Assembly: GCF_006345805.1 (NCBI RefSeq)
Contig: NC_043000.1
Location: 132,432,001-132,496,000 of the forward strand
Origin: Octopus sinensis
Taxonomy: Eukaryota
Reading direction: 5' to 3'
Length of the DNA: 64,000 nt
Shown here: positions 13,445-26,420 of the stretch, one piece after another
Layout of the letters: every line of letters begins with the position of its first letter
How positions within the stretch are numbered: position 1 is the first letter of the stretch
Position numbers and translations under genes: made by a program
The notes under the pieces: generated by a model
Database searches by the model: none
What the model saw: the letters and a program-made list of their open reading frames with translations, nothing else
What the model was told of the DNA's origin: nothing

Positions 13445-13663
13445 TTCTATTTCAAATTTGGCCACAAGGCCGGTAATTTCGAGGGAGGGGGACAAGTCGA
13501 TTACATCGACCCCCATTACTCGACCGGTAGTTATTTTATCGATCTCAAAAGGATGAAAGGCAAAGTCAACCTCGGTGGCATTGGAACTCAGAGCGTAAGG
13601 ACGGACGAAATGCTGCTAAGCATTTTGTCCGGCGTGCTAACGATTCTGCCAGCTCACCGTCTT
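13445..13663 (-). mobile_element. SINE family B, older copy
   Basis: Diverged head and body with the CCAAAATT..GGCCTTGTG tail. Confidence 0.85.
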
Positions 13664-13741
13664 ATGTTTAATATCAATTAGTGATATATATTTTATTAGA
13701 TCAATAACTAAGTATAGGTATAGTAATATATATTTAAAAAT

Positions 13742-13912
13742 TCTTAGCGATATTTCGTCTGTCTTTACGTTCTGAGTTCAAATTCCACCGAGGTCGATTT
13801 TGCCATTCATCGTTTCGGGGTCGATAAAGTTAATACCAGTTACGCACTGGCGTCGATCTAATCGATTGGTCCCCTCCCCCAAAATTTCGGGCCTTGTGCC
13901 TAGAGTAGAAAA
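13742..13912 (+). mobile_element. SINE family B, 5'-truncated
   Basis: Body plus the tail CCCCAAAATTTCGGGCCTTGTGCCTAGAGTAGAAA. Confidence 0.87.
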
Positions 13913-14705
13913 TAAATATATATTTAAAATTAATTATTGATATATTGTATATTATATCATAGCAATGGATAAGTATAGGTAAGTATAACACAATATACTG
14001 CAGTGATTCTAGTACAGTATCTATATTATAAGATGACAAGTCAAATTTATGACAAAGGTAGAAGACAAAGGTGGCACTATTAAAGGAAATATATAAAAAT
14101 GATAAAATAAAATCATTCACAAAATAATATGGTACATAGACAAAGGGAGGTGCTTATGCAAGGTTTGGGACAAGAACGCAAAACATCCGGACAACTAGGT
14201 GATACAAAAAGGGACAACAAAACATCCAGATAGACGATACAAAAAAGAACAAGGACGGGTCATTCGAAGCCTTTGATCTTCAGTCAAGAACCGGATCATC
14301 CTCGCAATTTCGGCTGATTAATCTTGAGTTGCTCCAATCTGGCCAGCCCGAAGGAAAAATTAAGCTAAGAGCATTAGATTCCCATATATTGCTTTTCTGT
14401 CTCACACCCGCTTAATTCTACAGAAAACAGACAGATATTGGCTTCTATGAATTCTTGAAATTCAAAAATGGAATTCGTAGCTTATTTATTTTATTATAAA
14501 TTTTGTATCATGCATTTTGCGAACAGAAACGTCTTTAGTTGCAGACTTACATGAGCCAGTCACTGGGCCACTGTATTTCTGATGGCATCAGTGAATAGAA
14601 GTGTCTGTTGAAATAATTGTACAAGACATTTTTGTTTGACGCATCGATTTATCGGTTTTCTCACCATTGTGTATATTTCGTACATACACACACATACGCG
14701 CGCGC

Positions 14706-14736
<31 letters not shown>

Positions 14737-14764
14737 TGTATGTATGTATGTATGTATGTATGTG

Positions 14765-14836
<72 letters not shown>

Positions 14837-14872
14837 GATAGATAGATAGATAGATAGATATATAGATAGATA
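14706..14872. repeat. (TATG)n-(TATC)n-(GATA)n compound microsatellite
   Basis: Directly visible. Confidence 0.97.
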
Positions 14873-15449
14873 CAAACATCTCATAGTAATGAAACTACTG
14901 AATTCGAGTTTATTCTTTTTTATCAATGATTTTTCCATGTTTAGTTTGAAACAATGAATTTAAAACCACCTCATTACTGTAGTGACATATTGTTGCATCA
15001 TTTTGTAGTATGGTGGAAGGGATCATGGGAATAAAGTTATAACTGATAAACTCTTCATCACATTTAGAGAACGTCAAACAAAATTAGATTGAAAATCAGT
15101 AGTTTATAAAACTGACATTCTCTGTAGAATTCCACAGAAAGTAGAGCTTCATTAGGCTATAGAACCTCATTAGTAACAAAACACAACCTAGAAATTTTTC
15201 AGAGATATACACGTGAAATACACTATGAAGATAACTGAGTTAAACGTTAGAACAAACTGAGATAATGATTTTATCTGTTACATCATCATTTTCGTGATCC
15301 TTTGTTGCATATTATACAACGTTGTAACAATGTGTCATAATTGTCACTTCAGAACGTCTTGAAATGCAGTCCAGAAGATATTGAAATGTTGCACATAGAT
15401 GCAACTTGTACATTCTCTCCGTGACAAACAACGGGTATTAGTTGCTGTA

Positions 15450-15650
15450 CTTGACCTCAGTTCAGTCCCGATCGAGTAGACCTATGATTAAATGCATTTC
15501 TGTTGTGACCACCTCGAGATTTTCATGACAGTAAATCTTGGAATACATTATCCAATGTACACTATCCTTTATTCTCAAGACAGTTGAGAGTTATACGAAG
15601 GAGATTTGGCTGCTACTTTTAGCTGGTCATCAGCTACATAGTTGTTCACA
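15450..15650 (+). mobile_element. Old dispersed repeat, family D (probably an ancient SINE-like element)
   Basis: Shared motifs: CAGYCCYGATCGAGYAGACCTATGAT and GAGATTTGGCTGCTATTTYTAGC. Diverged copies also at ~6510, ~11185, ~16165, ~27375, ~29260, ~39675 (+) and ~63245 (-). Confidence 0.6.
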
Positions 15651-16164
15651 CATTGGTGTCAGATGATTGTATAAGAAAGCCTTGTATCACCAGACCAACG
15701 TCGCCTAATAAAAATCATATAATCGTATGATAAAACCTAGCCGTCAACTAACGAATAAACCATCCAATTGAACTCGATGTGACGAAGCATCCTTTCTTAC
15801 TAAGCTCCCATGTCTTTTAATTGTATGTGTGGATAAATCTTCATTGAAGATATTAAATGGAAAACCCACGAAAATGAATGGAAGATATATGAATAAGAAA
15901 TAACATCCTGGTAGCATTAGACCAACAGCTGTGTGGTTGTTGTCTTTGATAATATAACACTATCTCAAATCTCTAAAAACCATTACGCACATTAACTTCA
16001 CACACGTAAGCACACATAAACATATATTCATATTGCGCTATTCAAATAGAATGCACAAATTCGAGAGGAAAATACACATATAAATATGTTTAGTATTAGT
16101 AATGTACGGTAAAAGAAATATGAACAACAGATCGGCATTGTGATTATATCTCTGCTGTTATTTT

Positions 16165-16320
16165 TGCCCCAGGCCAGCCCTGATTGTGCAGGCTTATTAA
16201 CAAAGGCGTTCTAGTCGTGACTTTCATGTATCATTTAGATGACAGCGTGTGGCTAAAGGAAAGTTTGAATGTTGCTTTTAGTAAGTCGAGTGACCACACA
16301 AAGGGTCTCTCGCTGATGTG
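16165..16320 (+). mobile_element. Family D copy
   Basis: GCCCCAGGCCAGCCCTGATTG...GTCGAGTGACCACACAAAGGG. Confidence 0.55.
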
Positions 16321-17089
16321 ATTATCTCCGTGTGGTACCACAGAGAGATAAACACAGTTATCGCGGAATATTGAAATACGAAAATACAGTTCCAGCTGTT
16401 GGGAGTTCCTGTTTTAAAAGTACAATGTTTTCGAGATTTGGGGTTTTCGACTTTTTTAATATAGAGGCAAACAACACGAGCGGAGAACTTGATTCAGTTT
16501 CAGTTTCAGACTGAATCCAGTTATACTTTCTTTAAGGGGTACGTATTATTGGAAAATGTTTGAAATTCATATCATCTCTTTCTCGTTTGTAAAATGGCGA
16601 ACTTATACCCATTTCACATTGTTCTTTTGTAATGCAGTTTGCAGTAATAAGATTCACAATTATAATGATGACGACAACTGTACACGTGTCAAAAGTTTAC
16701 ATCGATATATATATATCTCGATACACACTAGGATACTACTTCCTATTAAAACACAAAGAAAACAAATCGTTCACAGACTACCAATGAAAACATACCATCA
16801 CTAATATAAATATTATGGCCATTCACGGTAGAACAAGCGTATAAATGTTAATTACGCTCGTTTGTGAATGAAACGTTACGAATACTACTATATTTACAAA
16901 GAAGGCGAAATGGTTGAGACAGCAAGGTACCGGTCTAAATGCATTTACAATACTCAGTTTTGTCCACATCTCAGTTCCGGTTAAGTTTAAATCCTGCTGA
17001 GACCAACTGTGCTTTTCACTACTCTGAAGCTGATAACATAAATACCATTCAGTTAATGAAATAAATACCATACCAGAATCAATACAAAT

Positions 17090-17630
17090 GACTGCATAAG
17101 GACTAACACGAAGTCACTTGGAATGGATCCAAAGGCCATAGAAACCCTTGCTTCGGATCGAGCTGGATGGCGAATAAAAGTTTGGAGTGGAGTGAAAGCT
17201 TTTGAAGAGGCCTGGATAACCCATGCAAGACTCAAAAGAAATTTAAAGAAGAATGTTGCGATTAACGAGAGGGTAACTCTCAGTGACCTTTTTGTGTGCA
17301 CAGTGTGTGACAGACCGTGTCGTTCTTTTGCTGGGCTCAAATCTCATTTGCAAACCCATGAAAAACGAACCTCCACCGACTACTCTGCCAAGATATCAGT
17401 GCACACTTGTCAATGCGGTGTATACCACAAGGCCTGCAAATCTAACGGAAGCCTCAAAAGATCCACAAAGATCAGAACTTAACTGTGGCTCTCGGTGATC
17501 CTAATCAGATATGCAATTTATGTGGGCGTTTTTTCAAAACATTGGTTTAAAAAGCTACATCAGACACCATGATAGATCTAAGGTGTAATTACAAGAAGTG
17601 GTCAGACTCTGCATAAGGAGTAGACAATCA
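17090..17630 (+). mobile_element. 3' end of an RTE-clade LINE with C-terminal C2H2 zinc fingers
   Basis: MDPKAIETLASDRAGWRIKVWSGVKAFEE..CTVCDRPCRSFAGLKSHLQTH matches the RTE ORF C-terminus (WExLAxDRxxWR, CxxC-x12-H). Two further decayed fingers follow. Confidence 0.85.
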
Positions 17631-18774
17631 CTATATATATATATACCTGCAAGTATGTATGTATGATTGTATGTGTGTGAGTGAATGAGTGTGTTTTTAT
17701 CTATGCCTATGAGCGTAAGCCTCAATGAACAGAGATCAATTAAAAAGTACCAGAATTATGTAAGTACTGTGGTGATATGCTCGACTAAGACTCATGAAGG
17801 TGCTAGCCAAGCACAAGCGCAGCTTCCAAAACTTATATATTGTATGAATAGGAAATTAGTACAGCGGGGTTACGGAAGATACCTACGAGAGCAGAGCTGC
17901 AAGCAAATGTTATTAGTTCGGCAGATTATTTCTAACAATTAAAATAGAGTGGAGGTCGGTTTATTCCCTCTTTAAAATCGATAAAATATAAGCTGATAGT
18001 ATATTACAGTCGATTCAAGCGAATAATATTGATTCTGTGCTCCATGAAACGAATTAATAAAAGCAAACCTGAATAAACTGTGAATAAAAATAGAAAAAAG
18101 AAAAGCCCTTTTACTAATTCAGTTCATTGGTATCTTACATCATTCTACACCCATGGAAAGTTTCCAGTTTCTAAAACAAAACAATGCGAACGAAGGACAG
18201 TGGTAACTTCAATCTACGTAGCTTCTAGGTGGAAAACTTACATTTTCTAAGATGGAATAGGTCTAATATAGCATATTATGCTGAAAACATAGAAATCCAT
18301 TGGATCTTTGAGTCATAAACCTATTCATAATATATTTAATTCATTTATTACAAATGTTACAATCTTGTTATGTTAAGCCTGACTACGGCTATTTAACGTT
18401 ATTTCAATCTTATCTCTGAATGTCAGCTAAAGCTTTCAGTTATTATGAGACCACCGTAAGGAAAGTCAACCTTAGACTTTAATACTAAGCAATTATCTTG
18501 CCAACAAATGTATTAATGAATATGATCGTTAAATCACAATCTTATCTCCTAATCCTTTCAACACAACGATTATTGGCGAACATGTTAAAATTATAAGTAA
18601 TTCTGCAAATTGAGTAAGATGTCGTGAACGAATGAATGATAACATCAGTGAGAGAGATTACTTGAGGATTAATTTAATTAATTGAAATAATCTGAACGAT
18701 AATATTCTTCTCCATAATCTGAAAATGAAATAGAAATATTGACATCATATTCTCAATGATAATTCTTTCAATTA

Positions 18775-18985
18775 TAGGCACAAGGCTTGAAATTTTGACA
18801 GAGGGAATGGTCGATCGCATTGAGCCCAGTACTCAACTGGTACTTATTTTATTGACCTCAAAATGATAAAAAACAAAAGCAAAGTCCAATTTCGCAGAAT
18901 TTGAACTCGGAACATAAAGAGCTGGAACAAAATATGCTAAGCATTTTTGTGCGGTGTGCTAACGATTTTGCTAGCTAGCTGCCTC
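18775..18985 (-). mobile_element. SINE family B, degenerate
   Basis: Diverged match. Confidence 0.75.
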
Positions 18986-19018
18986 GAACAGGTCGGAAAA
19001 ATATTCCCTTCTATTTTA

Positions 19019-19419
19019 GGCGCAGGAGTGGCTGTGTGGTAAGTAGCTTGCTTACCAACTACATGGTTCCGGATTCAGTCCCACTGCGTGGCACCTTGGA
19101 CAAGTGTCTTCTACTATAGCCTCGGGCCGACCAAAGCCTTGTGAGTGGATTTGGTAGACGGAAACTGAAAGAAGCCTGTCGTATATATGTATATATATGT
19201 GTGTGTGTGTTTGTGTCTGTGTTTGTCCCCCCAACATCGCTTGATAACCGATGCTAGTGTGTTTAAATCCCCGTAACTTAGCGGTTCGGGAAAAAGACAC
19301 CGATAGAATAAGTACTAGGCTTACAAAGAATAAGTTCTTGGGTCGATGTGCTCGACTAAAGGCGGTGCTCCAGCATGGCCGCAGTCAAATGACTGAAACA
19401 AGTAAAAGAGTAAAGAGTA
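19019..19419 (+). mobile_element. SINE family A, full length
   Basis: Near-consensus copy. Confidence 0.93.
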
Positions 19420-19605
19420 TAATGTCTGAAATTTTGGGGAAGAGGATAGTCGATTACATCGAACCTAGAACTCAACTGGTACTTATTTTATCGACCACGA
19501 AAGGATGAAAGGTAAAGTCGACCTCAGAGGAACTTGAACTTAGAACGTAATGAGCCGAAAAAATACCGCAAAGCAATTTGTCCGGCGTGCTAACGATTCT
19601 TCCAA
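19420..19605 (-). mobile_element. SINE family B abutting the family A tail
   Basis: GAAAGGATGAAAGGTAAAGTCGACCTC..GGCGTGCTAACGATTCT. Confidence 0.85.
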
Positions 19606-20286
19606 CTTTACAACCCACGTATTCAGAAAAATAACAACAAATATTTTGATAGAGACAAACAAATTCAAAATCTCATCTACGTAGTAGAAATACTATCTGA
19701 AGCATTACTGTGTCAGTCATAACATATGGTTCTGTAGTATTGGAGTGGAACGTAACAGATCTAGATTCTACAGAATGTAACAGTAGAAATAGCCTAAAAA
19801 GAAGAACCACATAGTACACAATAAGTACAGTGACTTTATATTCAAAGAAGAAAAGGTGGCTAGGGAACTATTGAGTGTCAGGGAGCAATTTAAGAAAGCA
19901 GTTATCCATTATTCCCAATACGTTCTCCGATCCACAAGAGGGCCTGTTACGTACCCTTGAATGCGATCGTATAAATTGCAGTAAATCAATTATAATGAGA
20001 GGAAAAAGAAAAAGAAAAGGAAAACATTCTCTAAAGAAATTCGAGCATTTAAAATAAGAACATATAAAACGAAAACAGTAATGATTTACAGGACGGCTAC
20101 AATGAATAATCATAAATGTATGTCATTGTATAGCTAGTATATCTGCAAGTTAAATATTTATATATGTATACATACACATGCACACGCGCGTACGTGAATA
20201 TGAGAATGTGTATACATACTACCTCTGGACTTGGATAGGTAGAAGCTTACACGAAGCAGTAGAAGCAACATTCTGGACCAAACACT

Positions 20287-20505
20287 TATTTCTTCACTGC
20301 CCACAAGGGGACAAACAAGGACGGATAAACGGATTAAGTCGACTATATCGGCCCCAGTGCGTAACTGGTACTTATTTAATCGACCCTGAAAGGAAGAAAG
20401 GCAAGGTCGACCTCGGCGGAATTTGAACTCAGAACGTAACGGCAGACGAAATACCGCTAAGCATTTCGCCCGGCGTGCTAACGTTTCTGCCAGCTCGCCG
20501 CCTTA
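20287..20505 (-). mobile_element. SINE family B monomer
   Basis: Near consensus. TSD AACATTCTGGA(C/A)CAAAC (17 bp, 1 mismatch) on both sides. Confidence 0.93.
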
Positions 20506-21326
20506 ACATTCTGGAACAAACCCGTCACTACAAGGCATGGTGAAAGGAATATGGATATATAAAATTCCCTCAATATTATGACATAAATATCACCTGCGTA
20601 GTGTATTTTCAGAAACAATATACCATATTAAATCAAAATGTCCTATATTAGCTTACCTTACACACACACACAGAGATCATATTTAATACCGAGAAGAATA
20701 TTCTGCTCTGAAGAGTTAAAAAAGGATCGAAACCGCTTATTAAATACACAGGTTAGCTTTAAAGACCAGATTTAATTCAATCTGTACTTTCTGTAATGTC
20801 GAAAACATTCCGATAAACTGATCTTGAAATTATCTCGCTTGCTTGTATCTTTTTCTGCTTTTAGATTTTAAACTTGAGCATTAAACGAGTTTTTGTTAAC
20901 CAATTATTTGGTTAATCAGGGTTAATCTAAGTTTTTGAACTCTATGTATTACATATGTGAAAACTACATATGGGAAAACCAGTGGCGGCTCGTAGATAAA
21001 ATTAGTGGGGATGCTGCTTCAGAAAATTTTGAGCCGTTGTTTTAATAATGTGTAAAAGGAAACAAACATAAAAAAAAAATTATGCATAAACTTGATCGGG
21101 TCGTGTTTTAGCCACTGCCGGGTAGTGTGTTTAATTTGTTCACTGAACACCGCTGCGAATTCCCCTTCAAAAATCCTCACTAAATCACAAAATAAGGGGG
21201 AAAATCTGCCCTATTTTTCAAATTCTGACAGCAACACTGTAGTTGGAAGCAGGATAATAATTTAATTCTACATTTTATCATATTTGTAGCGGGCTGGATG
21301 TGAGATGGGATATCAGGTCGATTTGA

Positions 21327-22139
21327 TGTAGCCCACCACTAAATGTAGCGTGTAGATGTAATGCTTGAAGGTTCTCGCGTTGGAGTACCAGTAAACATCG
21401 AAGAATCAACACCAAGAAGGAAGAAATATTATTTATATATATTTATTCGTTTGCCCGACAGGTAGTTAGAAATACAGTAGTAACTGTAGTGACAGTGACA
21501 ACATGGTTGGCTCGCTGGTTGATAGTGTAGAAAAAGGTTTTTCTGTCAGTAGAGAATGAAAGAGTAAGGAATGCACACAGCTGACTAGAAAGGAAGACAG
21601 GATAAAGGTGGCCTTGGTTATGGCTGACACAAAAAAGCGTGTTGCTCCTTAGTCTGACTGACCCAAAAGAGCCCTATAAACACTCTGCAGCACCACATTT
21701 TTCTTGAGCACCTTGGATATTTTGTCGCCAGAGATAAGTGTCAATACTCTTAAACACACCCGCACACATAAGTCTGTCTCTAGTTTATTTCTCCATAGGG
21801 AATTGAGATGGTATTGCTTTCAGTACTGACTAGTTCTATACTACATACACGCATCCACGTACGCACGCACACACAAACACACGCGTGTTGCTCCTTGGTC
21901 TGACTGACCCAAAAGAAGAAGAGATAGGAAATTATCTCTGTTATATAGACTATGGTCAGTAATGTAGGTCAAACCCTAAACAAAGGACTGACCTTTCCTT
22001 GCCCAGCACAGGTCCTAGGTGGGTCGAGTGTTTCGTCATCAATCATCTGGTGTGGAGAGGATTTCCAGCTCGTTTTCACAAGCAACAAACAGGTGGATTT
22101 GGTTTCAAATCTCAGGCAGGGTCAAGCTAGATCCCTACA
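21327..22139 (-). mobile_element. Probable solo LTR (copy 1) with a ~215-bp internal insert
   Basis: TGTAG...CTACA termini. Collinear with 56632-57292. Minus-strand AATAAA (plus TTTATT) lies toward the left end. No clean TSD seen. Confidence 0.6.
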
Positions 22140-22619
22140 TATTGAAGAATATAAACACGTTTTTAAGCACAACACACGCGGAGTAAAAAAGAAACACTAC
22201 CTTCCATCAGCATGCCATGGTCAGCACAGTGTGAACCACAGTGCTCTCTCTCCCTAGCGTAGAACTTCCTATCTCAGACATGTGAGCATGCGCTCAACAA
22301 CCAAACACCGCGTCCCTAGAACTGTGAAACGCACAGCTCTATACAAGGACTTTTGTACTTTTTTTTTCATAAACTAGGGTATGGCTACTGACATTAACCT
22401 TAAGGGATTATATAACGTACAATTATAAAGAAAGAATTAAAGAAAAAAAGGGCTCATTATATTGAATGTTATCGATAATATCGCGTGGAAATAGGGGGTG
22501 CTGCAGTTCCGCAGTGCCTATACATGAGCTGCCTCTGATGAAAACTTCCTGTATCATATAAGTCTGATAGCCTTTCTTTTCTATGAGAGAAATGGCAATA
22601 TTGCACTAATAATTATTAG

Positions 22620-22900
22620 TACACTATTGTAATCGATGTATACAGAACATCATCAAGAGCAGAAGATTTGCAAGGGCACATTTTACGTCTGTCAGAATAT
22701 AGAACCAACCAACGGTACGAAGTATGGGAGGGTATATGAGAGGAAGATCACATAAGACATGGTGGAAGATGTTCATGGAAGACTTGAAGGAGATGGTAAT
22801 CAGCTGGAGTGAAACAAGATAAGCAGTAAAAGACAAAACCAAATGGAGGCATGTCATCACCCGATCTCTCACCAGGCGGCGAAGAAAGTAAGACAAATAA
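22620..22900 (+). mobile_element. 3' end of an RTE-type LINE
   Basis: IIKSRRFARAHF...RGRSHKTWWKMFMEDLKEMVISWSE..AVKDKTKWRHVI matches the RTE C-terminal RGRPxxTW..EDL..W..DRxxWR pattern. Confidence 0.8.
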
Positions 22901-23136
22901 GCATAACGTTGCCAAATGACCAGCTTTCTTAAACAACGGAGTTCGAATTTCTTTATTTATATTTGGTGCTGGTGAAGGTCCCCTTTCCATTATTTTACAG
23001 TTTTGACGCTTTCATCTTTGGCAGTATTCAATCAGAATGAAAAGCGAAGAGTGTAAATGAAGTTAGGTTCTTCGCCCGATGCGCTACAGATTCGGTTAAA
23101 ACTCAATACATTGCAGTAAAGATAATATTGAAGAAA

Positions 23137-23144
<8 letters not shown>

Positions 23145-23173
<29 letters not shown>

Positions 23174-23197
23174 TAATAATAATAATAATAATAATAA

Positions 23198-23228
<31 letters not shown>

Positions 23229-23240
23229 AAGAAGAAGAAT
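23145..23240. repeat. (AAT)n-(GAA)n microsatellite
   Basis: Directly visible. Confidence 0.95.
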
Positions 23241-23508
23241 GAATGAATGAAAATATATATATATATATATACATACACCTTTGGATATCCTTGTTGCTTA
23301 TTTTGATTGTAATCACCTTACTTTGAAATTGTATGGATAATACCGTACTAAATTCTGGTGCCTCAGCTTAAGTACCATGTTCATCTGAATCTATATATAT
23401 ATATCAATAAATATCATATTTCAGTTTCTCTTTTTCTTATTCTTTTTCATCATCTACGAAGTCAGAGAGAAACAAACACACATGCGCGCATGCACACGCA
23501 CGCACACA

Positions 23509-23568
<60 letters not shown>

Positions 23569-23679
23569 TGTTTTTGTTGATATATCTATTGTTAGATTCA
23601 GGTACAAGAAGCCTGGGATAAATGTTAATAATAATAAGACTACTGAAAGAAAAAAAAGTAATTGAATCAGAGTTTAATG

Positions 23680-23990
23680 CTAATTAACACAGACAAGGTG
23701 ATTAGAGCAAATCGTCTTGACATTATCGCCAAAGACCAACTAAGTAACAATGTCTCATAATCTATGCTTTAATGTACTAAGTAGGGATGTCTTCTAACCG
23801 ATGCATCATCGAACAACAATACGCTTGGGAAAGAAATAGAGAAACTATCCAAATATAAGGACCTGGACATAGAGACAAACCAGACTGTGGGATTTGAAAA
23901 CAGAGGCAATCCTAGTATTAGCAGGAGTACTGAGAATGGCAGAAAGAGATGCAGAAAAATACATAACCGAGATTCTAGCTTGCAGTAGGT
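23680..23990 (+). mobile_element. R4/Dong-like retrotransposon, restriction-like endonuclease fragment
   Basis: INTDKVIRANRLDIIAKDQ...KEIEKLSKYKDLDIE..RLWDLKTEAILVLAGVL across frameshifts corresponds to the RPD...KxxKY RLE motifs. Confidence 0.85.
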
Positions 23991-24066
23991 AAAACACACT
24001 AAATGCTACTCGGTTAAACATTGAAAGCAAGCAATAAAAAGCAAAACAAAGCAAAAAGAAAAAAAG

Positions 24067-24229
24067 GGCGTAGGAGTGGCTATGTGGTAAGTAGCTTGCT
24101 TACCAACCACATGGTTCTGGGTTCAGTCCCACTGCGTGGTACTTTGGGTAAGTGTCTTCTAATATGGCCTCGGGCCGACCAAAGCCTTGTGAGTGGATTT
24201 GGTAGACGGAAACTGAAAGAAGCCCGTCG

Positions 24230-24311
<82 letters not shown>

Positions 24312-24325
24312 TATTTATATATATA

Positions 24326-24361
<36 letters not shown>

Positions 24362-24572
24362 ATACGTTTGTGTGTCTGTGTTTGTCCCCCCAACATCGCT
24401 TGATAACCGATCTGTGGTGTGTTACGTCCCTGTAACTTAGCAGTTCGGCAAAAGAGACCGATAGAATAAGTACTAGGCTTACAAAGAATAAGTCCTGGGG
24501 TCGATTTTCTCGACTAAAGGCGGTGCTCCAGCATGGCCGCAGTCAAATGACTGAAACAAGTAAAAGAGTAAA
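24067..24572 (+). mobile_element. SINE family A with expanded internal (TA)n
   Basis: Full head and tail; (TA)n at ~24232-24345. Confidence 0.92.
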
Positions 24573-25879
24573 AACAAACAAAAGAAATGAAACAACAATG
24601 AAAACATTATTGTTATTATTGCTTCCCTTGAGGAAGTCGTCCCTGAAAGATTGAGGCATGATGGCGAATGCTTGCATCACCTCTGTCATAATTTAACACC
24701 TGATTGTCGCACCTCACCTCGTTTACCGACTGTTAAAATTGGAATGTCTGCTCTTCCGTTTCACACAGAAAGGATGCGTTCCACTGGCCAAACTAGCGCC
24801 CTCTGGAAGGCAGACTCGGAATGCCGTGATACCGATGAGCAGATACGCGATAAGGATGCGACGAATGCAGAGATTTCTCGACGATAAGCATGTGTGGTCT
24901 CCGTTTGTAGAGCATGTTTATATGGGGGTGGGAAAATAGTTTGTCCAAGGAACATGCTTCTGCTTGTGTAATTGTGATTAATAAAAGACACAAACATGAT
25001 AGAACTGATCACACACCCCAAAGGAAAAGATTGTGAAAGCAGCAATACAAACTTTAAAAAAGATAAACAGAAAGGGAAAATAATGACATTTAAATATGCA
25101 CAGAAAAAATGCCAATTCCACAAACGACTGCTTTGTAAAAGTAGACATTTGCACTATAACACATTCAAATGCCGATAGATAAAATTTTAAAAAAGCAACA
25201 AGTGCTTTATTAGTGTTACGAGCTTGAAGGATGGATTATGGAAGCAATGTGTAAAATAGACTCTATTTCGTTGCTTTCGGAGTTATGTTACTGGGGACAA
25301 TAACATAACTGTGTCTTGCAGAAAACGAAGAATAAACAATAAAAAAATAAAAAAGAACAGCAAGGCTAACACACTGTACATGAATAGAATAATGATAATT
25401 TAAAAGTTGAAAACATTAATTTGAACAATTTGAACGATACTCTCAATAACAAATATAACAACAAATCGCAGATACATTTTGCAAAACAAAGAAATCAACC
25501 TAACTACATTGAATTTTGTGAATTTTGAGTAACTGTATTTCTTTCGCTTGTGCTGCTAGTCATACAGAAAATAAAAATGAAAAGATTTGCGTGACAGAAA
25601 TATGTAACTAAGGAAACACCTCTTTACCAATGGTATTCATCCAAGTGTGAACAAGAAGAAAGGTCACATGTATTTTCATCTCTAAAAGCTCAGGGAATTT
25701 CCTTACGCCGTCAAAGCAACGGATGGAGATGTCCCTGTCTAATATGTGTAGCGATATCTTCTTCCTTGGATAGGGTAAGATTTTACATGCTCATATGCCT
25801 GCTTTTCAAAACTTTTCAATACATGAGACGAAAAATTGCGAAAAATTCTACATATAAACATAACAACCTTCAAGATTTC

Positions 25880-26160
25880 AGCAGCATACTGATACTCAAA
25901 ATATTATTAGAAATAATTAAATTGCCAGACCAATTGGTAACCACAGCCATGATGTAAAGGTCACTTGTTGCTTCGACTATTTTTGATCCGATGGCGTTGA
26001 TAAAAACCTTCGTTTCTTTACCAACAACACCAGTTCTTTCCAGTGTCCCGGCGTATTTGTTTCTTTCGCCGGTAAAGAACATTGATAACGACATTGATAC
26101 TTAGTACAGTACGAGCAAGTGGCGAGCGCCCAAGTGACTAGAAACTAGCTGCGGCCAAGA
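25880..26160 (-). mobile_element. CRE-like (RLE) non-LTR retrotransposon C-terminal fragment
   Basis: ERNKYA..LERTGVVGKETKVFINAIGSKIVEATSD, then frameshifted TSWLWLPIGLAI, resembling KxxKY..VETxGxxG...GD...WLxQRIGLAI. Confidence 0.65.
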
Positions 26161-26199
26161 AGAAACTGTTTATGTAACACGTTTCTTTTCTTTTTTATG

Positions 26200-26420
26200 C
26201 ATGAATAGGCTCTTGGGGCAAGTAGACAGAGTCGTTAGTGCGTTGGGCCTTGCAGTATTTTTTCTGATTTATTATACTCTGAGTTAAAATCTCGCCGTGC
26301 TCACATTTAGTTTTCATCCCTCCGTAGCCAATAAAACAAAGCACACTCAAGTACTGGTGTTGATAGTATCGACTAATCCCTTCCCTTGAAAAGCTGATGA
26401 CCTTGTACCTAAATCAGAAA
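26200..26420 (+). mobile_element. SINE family B, very degenerate
   Basis: TCTGAGTTAAAATCTCGCC..TTTTCATCCC..GACCTTGTACC. Confidence 0.6.

Noticed and set aside
14245-14295. CTGAAGA...CGAA on the minus strand as a hammerhead
   Set aside because: No stem I complement, and A15.1 is missing.
20705-20745. CTGAAGAG...CGAAAC motif
   Set aside because: Stems I and II do not form.
20981-21117. CAGTGGC...GCCACTG possible MITE
   Set aside because: Only a 7-bp inverted match and no TSD.
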